A stretch of 32,000 bases of DNA from Rhodobacter capsulatus SB 1003 (GTDB taxonomy: Bacteria; Pseudomonadota; Alphaproteobacteria; Rhodobacterales; Rhodobacteraceae): assembly GCF_000021865.1 (NCBI RefSeq), contig NC_014034.1:2670001-2702000 (forward strand), given 5' to 3'. Made by a program: the position numbers and the translations under genes. Shown here piece by piece: positions 26,019 to 32,000 of the stretch. The notes beneath the pieces are model-generated. The model was not told the DNA's origin. It did no database searches and was given only the letters and a program-made list of their open reading frames with translations. The first letter of the stretch is position 1. Every line of letters begins with the position of its first letter.

Positions 26019-27131
26019 ATGGGCATTCTCGATTTCCTGACCGGCGAATTCATCGACGTGATCCATTGGGTCGATGACACGCGCGACACCATGGTCTGGC
26101 GCTTCGAACGCGAGGGGCATGCGATCAAATACGGCGCGAAACTGACCGTGCGCGAGGGGCAGGCGGCGGTTTTCGTGCATGAAGGCCAGCTGGCCGATGT
26201 CTTCGGGCCCGGGCTTTATCAGCTTGAAACCAACAACTTGCCGATCCTGACGACGCTGCAGCATTGGGATCACGGCTTCCGCTCGCCCTTCAAATCCGAG
26301 ATCTATTTTCTCAACACCACCCGCTTCACCGATCTGAAATGGGGCACGAAGAACCCGGTGACCTGCCGCGATCCGGAATTCGGCCCGGTGCGGCTGCGCG
26401 CCTTTGGCACCTATGCGATGCGCATCGTCGATCCGGCTGTTTTCATGAAGGAAATCGTCGGCACCGATGGCGAATTCACCGCCGACGAGATCAGCTTTCA
26501 GATCCGCAACGTGATCGTGCAGGAATTCTCGCGGGTGATGGCCGCGGCGAAGATCCCGGTGCTCGACATGGCGGCGAACACGGCCGACATGGGCAGGCTG
26601 GTGGCGGGGGCGATCGATCCGGTGATTGCGGCCTATGGCCTGTCGATCCCGGAATTCTACATTGAAAACATCAGCCTGCCCGAGGAAGTCGAGAAGGTTC
26701 TGGATCAGCGGACCTCGATGGGGATCGTTGGCGATCTGAACCGCTACATGCAGTTCAACGCCGCGCAGGCGGTGGCGCAGCCGGGCAGCCCGATGGGCAC
26801 GGCGATGGGCATGGGCATGGGTGCAGGAATGGGGATGGGCATGGCTGCCGGGCCCTGGGGCGCGCCCGCCTCTGCCCCCGCCGCGGTCGCGGTCGCGCCG
26901 CCCCCTCCGCCGCCGCCGCCCATCGAAGCCGTCTGGCATGTGGCGGCGAACGGGCAGACGACCGGCCCCTTTGGCCGCGCGCAACTGGCGGCGATGATCA
27001 CCGCAGGCGGGTTCAGCCGGGCCAGCCTGGTCTGGGCACCGGGACAGGAGGGATGGAAACCGGCCTCTGACGTGCCGGATCTGGCCGCGCTTTTCGCCAC
27101 CACGCCGCCCCCGCCGCCGCCCGGGGTGTAA
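26019..27131 (+). CDS. SPFH/Band-7 (YdjI-like) domain protein with C-terminal GYF_2 domain
   Basis: MGILDFLTGEFIDVIHWVD...VFVHEGQLADVFGPGLYQLETNNLPIL is the typical SPFH Band_7_1 N-terminus. Met/Gly-rich linker. PPPPPPPP (26898..26921). GYF_2-like WHVAANGQTTGPFGRAQLAAMITAGGFSRASLVWAPGQEGWKPASDVPDL. C-terminal PPPPPP (27105..27122). AGGAGGA SD. Confidence 0.82.
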   Translation: MGILDFLTGEFIDVIHWVDDTRDTMVWRFEREGHAIKYGAKLTVREGQAAVFVHEGQLADVFGPGLYQLETNNLPILTTLQHWDHGFRSPFKSEIYFLNTTRFTDLKWGTKNPVTCRDPEFGPVRLRAFGTYAMRIVDPAVFMKEIVGTDGEFTADEISFQIRNVIVQEFSRVMAAAKIPVLDMAANTADMGRLVAGAIDPVIAAYGLSIPEFYIENISLPEEVEKVLDQRTSMGIVGDLNRYMQFNAAQAVAQPGSPMGTAMGMGMGAGMGMGMAAGPWGAPASAPAAVAVAPPPPPPPPIEAVWHVAANGQTTGPFGRAQLAAMITAGGFSRASLVWAPGQEGWKPASDVPDLAALFATTPPPPPPGV

Positions 27132-27134
27132 GCC

Positions 27135-28262
27135 ATGGCCCTGCCCAAGGTCAGCCGCGACAAGACCGAACATCACACCCCCTGCGAGGCCTGCGGCGCC
27201 GATCTGCGCTTCGCGCCCGGTCAGGAAAAGCTCGTCTGCGATCATTGCGGCCACGAACAGGCGATCCCGCGCGCCCTTGGCCGGGGCCGGTCCGGGCTGG
27301 CGGAACTGCCGCTGGCGGCCGGTCTGGCGGCGCGTCTGCCCGCCGCGGCGATGCAGGAGAGCCGGACGCTCACATGTTCGAATTGTGCAGCGCTGATCGA
27401 GATCACCGGCGCAAATCACGCGGTGCAATGTCCGTTTTGTGCAACTCCCGTGGTGATCGACACCGGCCTGACGCGGCAGATCAAGCCGCAGGGCCTGGTG
27501 CCTTTCGCGCTGACCGAAGCGCAGGCGCATGCGGCGCTGGGCAAATGGCTGTCCGGGCTCTGGTTCGCGCCCTCGGGTCTGACGCAATATGCCCGCAAGG
27601 GGCGCCGGATGACCGGCGTCTATGCGCCGTTCTGGACCTTCGACGCCGAGACCCGCTCGCATTACAGCGGCGCCCGCGGCGACGCCTATTACGAGACCGA
27701 ACAGGTCCGGGTCGAGGTCAACGGGAAGATGGAGACCCGCAGCCAGCAGGTGCGTCATGTCCGCTGGACCCCGGTCGCGGGCCGGGTCGCGCGCGATTTC
27801 GACGATGTGGTGATCTATGCCTCGCGCTCGTTGCCGCCCGCCTACATGGCGGCGCTGCAGCCTTGGGATCTGTCGGCGCTGACGCCCTATCACCCTGATT
27901 ACCTTGCCGGATTCGAGGCCGAGGGCTATACGGTCGATCTGTCGGACGGCCACGGTCAGGCCCGGACCGAAATGGCGCGGGTGATCGACATGGATGTGCG
28001 CCGCGACATCGGCGGCGACGAACAGCGCGTCGCCTCGATCGACACCGATTTCTCGGCCGAGACCTTCAAGCACATCCTGTTGCCGATCTGGACCGCCGCC
28101 TACAGATACCGCGACCGCTCCTATCGTTTCGTCGTGAATGCGCAAACCGGGCAGGTGCGCGGCGACCGGCCCTGGTCGGCCTGGAAGATCGCCTTTGCGG
28201 TCGCGCTGGCGGCGCTGGCGCTGGGGCTGGGCCTTTGGCTCTACAATATTCAACAACACTGA
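27135..28262 (+). CDS. Double zinc-ribbon protein with C-terminal transmembrane anchor (YdjG-like architecture)
   Basis: Two ribbons: CEACGADLRFAPGQEKLVCDHCGH and CSNCAALIEITGANHAVQCPFCAT. About 230-aa central domain of unknown function. C-terminal TM WKIAFAVALAALALGLGLWLY. Starts 3 nt after the SPFH stop. Confidence 0.7.
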   Translation: MALPKVSRDKTEHHTPCEACGADLRFAPGQEKLVCDHCGHEQAIPRALGRGRSGLAELPLAAGLAARLPAAAMQESRTLTCSNCAALIEITGANHAVQCPFCATPVVIDTGLTRQIKPQGLVPFALTEAQAHAALGKWLSGLWFAPSGLTQYARKGRRMTGVYAPFWTFDAETRSHYSGARGDAYYETEQVRVEVNGKMETRSQQVRHVRWTPVAGRVARDFDDVVIYASRSLPPAYMAALQPWDLSALTPYHPDYLAGFEAEGYTVDLSDGHGQARTEMARVIDMDVRRDIGGDEQRVASIDTDFSAETFKHILLPIWTAAYRYRDRSYRFVVNAQTGQVRGDRPWSAWKIAFAVALAALALGLGLWLYNIQQH

Positions 28263-28276
28263 TTTATTGCGCCCTG

Positions 28277-28308
28277 CCCCGCTTGGCGCTATGTCTCGCC
28301 AAACGGGG
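28277..28308 (+). other. Imperfect stem-loop overlapping the SD region of the fructokinase gene
   Basis: CCCCG(c)TTGGCG (28277..28288) pairs with CGCCAA(a)CGGGG (28297..28308) around an 8-nt loop. The 3' arm runs into the GGAGGGAAGG SD (28307..28316). No T-tract. Confidence 0.4.
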
Positions 28309-28316
28309 AGGGAAGG

Positions 28317-29240
28317 ATGATCCTGAGTTGTGGTGAAGCGCTGATCGACATGCTGCCGCGGCAAGGCACGGCGGGCGAGGCCTGTTTTGCGCCCCATGCG
28401 GGGGGGTCGGTGTTCAATACGGCGATCGCGCTGGGGCGTCTGGGGGTGCGGGCCGGGTTTCTGTCGGGGATTTCGACCGATCTTTTCGGCGAGGTGCTGA
28501 TCGGGACACTGGCGGCGTCAAATGTCGATGCGGGGCTGGCGATCCGCTCTGACCGGCCGACGACGCTGGCCTTCGTGAAGCTGGTGGATGGTCACGCAAG
28601 CTACGCATTTTACGACGAAAATACCGCCGGACGGATGATCCTTCCCGGTGATCTGCCCGCGCTTCCGGCCGCGGTGCGGGCGCTTTTCTTCGGCGGCATC
28701 TCGCTGCCCGTCGATCCCTGCGGCGGCACCTACGAAGCCCTGATGGCGCGCGAAGCGGCGAGCCGGGTCACCATGATTGACCCGAACATCCGCCCCGGTT
28801 TCATCCGCGACGAGGCCGCCTATCGCGCGCGCCTGGCGCGGATGATCGCGCTGGCCGACATCGTGAAACTCTCGGACGAGGATCTGCGCTGGCTGGAAGG
28901 CCCGGGCGAGATCGCGGCGCTGGCGCAGGGGCTGCTGCGCCGTGGGCCGAAGCTGGTCTTCGTCACCGAGGGCGGCACCGGCGCGCATGCTTTCGGCGCC
29001 GGACTGTCCGTTTTCGCCCCCGCGCAGCGGGTGACGGTGGTCGATACCGTCGGCGCGGGCGACACGTTCAACGCGGGCGTTCTGGCGGCGCTCGACCGGG
29101 CGGGACGGCTGACGAAAGCCGCTGTCGCGGCGGCCGATGCGCCGCTTGTGTCGGCCTGTCTGGCGCTTGGCAATGCGGCCGCCGCGATCACCGTCAGCCG
29201 TGCGGGCGCCAACCCGCCCTGGGCAGAGGAGCTGAAATGA
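28317..29240 (+). CDS. PfkB-family sugar kinase (fructokinase-like)
   Basis: 307 aa. [12 protein letters not shown] start. [11 protein letters not shown]. PfkB signature [12 protein letters not shown]. Confidence 0.85.
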   Translation: MILSCGEALIDMLPRQGTAGEACFAPHAGGSVFNTAIALGRLGVRAGFLSGISTDLFGEVLIGTLAASNVDAGLAIRSDRPTTLAFVKLVDGHASYAFYDENTAGRMILPGDLPALPAAVRALFFGGISLPVDPCGGTYEALMAREAASRVTMIDPNIRPGFIRDEAAYRARLARMIALADIVKLSDEDLRWLEGPGEIAALAQGLLRRGPKLVFVTEGGTGAHAFGAGLSVFAPAQRVTVVDTVGAGDTFNAGVLAALDRAGRLTKAAVAAADAPLVSACLALGNAAAAITVSRAGANPPWAEELK

Positions 29241-29686
29241 GAGCCCTGATCCAGCGCGTCCGCCGCGCAAAAGTCGAAGTCGAGGAACGGGTTACCGGCG
29301 AAATCGGGCCGGGCCTGCTGATCCTTGTCTGCGCCATGCAGGGCGACACCGAAGCCGAGGCGGAAAAACTCGCCGCCCGGATCGCGAAGCTGCGCATCTT
29401 CAAGGACGAGGCCGGCAAGATGAACCGCGCGGTCACCGATATCGGCGGCGCCTGCCTCGTGGTGAGCCAGTTCACCCTTGCCGCCGACACTTCGCGCGGC
29501 AACCGCCCGGGCTTTTCCACGGCCGCCCCGCCGGACGAGGGCAACCGGCTTTATGTGCAGTTTTCGAACAATCTGCGCGCGCTTGGCCTTCCGGTCGCGA
29601 ATGGCGAATTCGGCGCGGACATGGCGGTCAGCCTGGTCAATGACGGGCCGGTGACGATCTGGATGGACACTGCCGACCGCGCCTGA
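29237..29686 (+). CDS. dtd: D-aminoacyl-tRNA deacylase
   Basis: 149 aa. MRALIQRV start. SQFTL. NDGPVT. ATGA overlap with the upstream kinase gene. Confidence 0.93.
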   Translation: MRALIQRVRRAKVEVEERVTGEIGPGLLILVCAMQGDTEAEAEKLAARIAKLRIFKDEAGKMNRAVTDIGGACLVVSQFTLAADTSRGNRPGFSTAAPPDEGNRLYVQFSNNLRALGLPVANGEFGADMAVSLVNDGPVTIWMDTADRA

Positions 29687-29933
29687 CCGATCGGCGAAAA
29701 TGCGCAAGATTGCGCGGATTGCCTTGACATGCGGGGCAATCGCGCCCATCTGCTTGGCATCCCGCCCTCGCTGCCGCGTGAGCAGCCGCTTTCCTTGCGA
29801 AAGCACGACCGGGACAATTGGCCTCACATTCACGCGGGGGGCCGGGTGCAACGCCTTGCACCGCCCGCCCGCCGTTGCCCCCGACCGGGGGCTTGATCCT
29901 TTGCGCGCCTGTGCGCCATGAAAGACGACCCCT

Positions 29934-31280
29934 TTGGAAACCTTTGAAAACCTCGGCCTTGCGCCGATGCTGCTGAAAAATCTTGCGGGCCTTGGCCTGA
30001 CCAAGCCGACGCCGATCCAGGCGCAGGGCATTCCGCATATCGTGCGCGGCCGCGACATCCTGGGCCTGGCCCAGACCGGGACCGGCAAGACCGCCGCTTT
30101 CGGCCTGCCGATGCTGACCCGCATCCTGGCCTATGGCAAGCGCCCGGCGCCGAAAACCGTGCGTGCGCTGGTGCTTGCGCCGACGCGGGAACTTGCGACG
30201 CAGATCCATGACAACCTTGCCGCCTATGCCGAGGGCGCCCCGGTGCGCATCCAGCGCGTCGTCGGCGGGGCTTCGCTGAACGTGCAGGCGGAAAAACTGT
30301 CCAAGGGCTGCGACGTGCTGATCGCCACGCCGGGCCGGTTGATCGACCTGATCGAACGCCGCGCGCTGGTGCTGAGCGAGACGAAATATCTGGTGCTCGA
30401 CGAGGCCGACCAGATGCTCGACATCGGTTTCATCCATGCGCTGCGCCGCATCGCCAAGCTGATCCCGGCAGAGCGGCAGACGCTGCTGTTCTCGGCCACG
30501 ATGCCGAAGCTGATGGAGGAACTGGCGGCCAGCTACCTCTCCGACCCGATCCGGGTCGAGGTCGCCACCCCCGGCAAGGCCGCCGAAAAGATCGACCAGG
30601 GCGTGCATTTCACCACCCAGGGCGAAAAGGCGGCCCTTCTGGCCGAATATATCTCGCGCCATCCGGGCGAATTGGCCGTGGTCTTCAACCGCACCAAGCA
30701 TGGCTCGGACAAGCTGACCAAGCTTTTGGAAAAATGGGGTTTTTCGGTCACCGCCATCCATGGCAACAAAAGCCAGGGGCAGCGGGAACGGGCGCTTTCG
30801 GCGTTCCGCGCCAGCGAGGTGCAGGTGCTGGTGGCGACCGATGTGGCCGCGCGCGGGCTTGATATTCCGCAGGTGGCGCATGTCTACAACTACGACCTGC
30901 CGAACGTGCCGGAAAACTACGTGCACCGCATCGGCCGCACCGCGCGGGCCGGGCGCGATGGCCGCGCCGTGGCCTTCTGCGGTCCGCTCGAAATGAGCGA
31001 TCTGCGCGCGATCGAAGCCGCGATGGGGGCGAAGATCCCGGTCATCGGCGGCGAAGCCCATGCCGAAGGCGGCAGCCGTCCCGCGCCGGGGCGCAGCGGC
31101 CAGCCGAAGAAACCGCATCGCGGTCAGGGCCCGAAACCCGCCCGCGAGGGCGAGGCGAAACCGGCCCGCAAGCCCGATGCGAAACCGGCGGCGAAACGCG
31201 GCGGCCGCGCCGAGGGACATGCGCCCGCGGGCGGACAGGCCGCGCCGAAGCGTCCGGCCCGTGCGCAACGCGGCCACTGA
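29934..31280 (+). CDS. rhlE: ATP-dependent DEAD-box RNA helicase (RhlE-like) with basic C-terminal tail
   Basis: Q-motif F..LGL...PTPIQ. AQTGTGKT. DEAD. SAT. HRIGRTARAG. Lys/Pro/Ala-rich tail. The only in-frame start upstream of the Q-motif Phe is TTG 29934, and no obvious SD precedes it. Confidence 0.88.
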   Translation: METFENLGLAPMLLKNLAGLGLTKPTPIQAQGIPHIVRGRDILGLAQTGTGKTAAFGLPMLTRILAYGKRPAPKTVRALVLAPTRELATQIHDNLAAYAEGAPVRIQRVVGGASLNVQAEKLSKGCDVLIATPGRLIDLIERRALVLSETKYLVLDEADQMLDIGFIHALRRIAKLIPAERQTLLFSATMPKLMEELAASYLSDPIRVEVATPGKAAEKIDQGVHFTTQGEKAALLAEYISRHPGELAVVFNRTKHGSDKLTKLLEKWGFSVTAIHGNKSQGQRERALSAFRASEVQVLVATDVAARGLDIPQVAHVYNYDLPNVPENYVHRIGRTARAGRDGRAVAFCGPLEMSDLRAIEAAMGAKIPVIGGEAHAEGGSRPAPGRSGQPKKPHRGQGPKPAREGEAKPARKPDAKPAAKRGGRAEGHAPAGGQAAPKRPARAQRGH

Positions 31281-31288
31281 GATCCGGC

Positions 31289-31309
31289 GCGGGGGCGGCC
31301 TGCCCCCGC
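31289..31309 (+). terminator. GC-rich stem-loop after rhlE (possible terminator)
   Basis: GCGGGGGC-GGCCT-GCCCCCGC (8-bp stem) followed by CTGCCCTCTTG. The T-tract is poor. Confidence 0.4.
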
Positions 31310-31351
31310 CTGCCCTCTTGCGCGGCCGATCCGGCTGACGCAGAAGGCGGC

Positions 31352-31942
31352 ATGGCCAAGCTTTACTTCCATTACTCGACGATGAATGCCGGCAAGAGCA
31401 CCGCGCTTTTGCAGGCCTCCTACAACTACATCGAACGCGGCATGCAGACCCTGCTGGTCACGGCGCGTCTGGATGACCGGGCCGGGCCGGGAAAGATCGG
31501 CAGCCGCATCGGCATCTCGGCCGCGGCGACCTGTTTCACCCCCCAGACCGACATGTTCGATTTGTGCAAGAATCGGCTGATCTCGGGCCCCTGCGCCTGC
31601 GTTTTCATCGACGAATCACAATTCCTCACCGAGGCGCAGGTCTGGCAGCTGGCCCGGGTCGTGGATGATCTGGGGCTGCCGGTGATGTGCTACGGGCTGC
31701 GCGTCGACTTTCGCGGCCAGCTGTTCCCGGGCTCTGCGGCGCTGCTTGCGCTGGCCGACGAGATGCGCGAGGTCCGCACCATCTGCCATTGCGGAAAGAA
31801 GGCGACGATGGTGGTGCGGATGGGGCCCGATGGCCAGGCCCTGCACGAGGGCGCGCAGGTGCAGATCGGTGGCAACGAGACCTATGTCTCGCTCTGTCGT
31901 CGCCACTGGCGCGAAGCCATGGGCGACGGCCCGCAAGCTTGA
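31352..31942 (+). CDS. tdk: Thymidine kinase
   Basis: 196 aa. P-loop MNAGKSTALL. FIDESQF. Zinc-binding CHCGKKA...CRRHW. Confidence 0.93.
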   Translation: MAKLYFHYSTMNAGKSTALLQASYNYIERGMQTLLVTARLDDRAGPGKIGSRIGISAAATCFTPQTDMFDLCKNRLISGPCACVFIDESQFLTEAQVWQLARVVDDLGLPVMCYGLRVDFRGQLFPGSAALLALADEMREVRTICHCGKKATMVVRMGPDGQALHEGAQVQIGGNETYVSLCRRHWREAMGDGPQA

Positions 31943-32000
31943 CCCGGCGGCCTTGAAATCCGCCCCCGCCGCGCAAATATATTCCGCAACGCGAATATGA

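Noticed and set aside
26007-28397. 796-aa minus-strand ORF opposite the SPFH and zinc-ribbon genes. Similar shadows are 23759..25177-, 24436..25896-, 28820..30124-, 29637..31277-, 7546..9012-, 8376..10226+, 10304..11950+, 11890..12924+, 13296..14078+, 14048..15514+, 16854..17810- and 18156..19352+
   Set aside because: All lie antisense to genes with unambiguous family motifs, and all show the Arg/Gly/Ala/Pro/His-rich composition of non-coding frames in GC-rich DNA.

Overview
This is a very GC-rich alphaproteobacterial chromosome segment; third codon positions are almost all G/C. The gene content points to Rhodobacter, most plausibly R. capsulatus or a close relative. The pointers are a membrane-anchored cytochrome c_y, fnrL divergent from hemN/hemZ, and Hint-, DUF2927- and DUF4087-type genes. 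I support 32 protein-coding genes: 30 from the ORF track after strand arbitration and some start revisions, one edge-truncated PfkB kinase gene, and one 27-codon sORF absent from the track. Many long ORFs in the track (for example 1262..5278-, 20146..22080-, 26007..28397-) are antisense shadows typical of high-GC DNA and are rejected. By eye I found no rRNA, tRNA, CRISPR array, transposase, integrase or prophage signature. The window is mostly core housekeeping: nth, hemN, rsgA, yejABEF, pheA, nudC, tadA, rluB, dtd, rhlE, tdk. Five things deserve a second look. (1) At 22164..28262 there is a tightly packed cluster: sORF, XpaC-like, hypothetical, TelA, DUF2927 lipoprotein, SPFH-GYF and a double zinc-ribbon tail-anchored protein. 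It resembles a PspA-less membrane-stress module and has no known mechanism. (2) The 446-bp non-coding island at 19335..19780 carries three tandem 26-nt mini-hairpin repeats and a perfect 12-bp hairpin with a CCUCCUCCUCCC loop, so it is a candidate cuckoo/CcsR-like sRNA. (3) RluB has ten near-perfect 63-bp (21-aa) tandem repeats in its C-terminal tail. (4) A GT4 glycosyltransferase is translationally coupled to the yejABEF peptide importer operon. (5) The fnrL-hemN divergent region has an FNR box whose geometry suggests a near-leaderless hemN mRNA. All functional calls come from motif and family recognition by eye; no database search was run.
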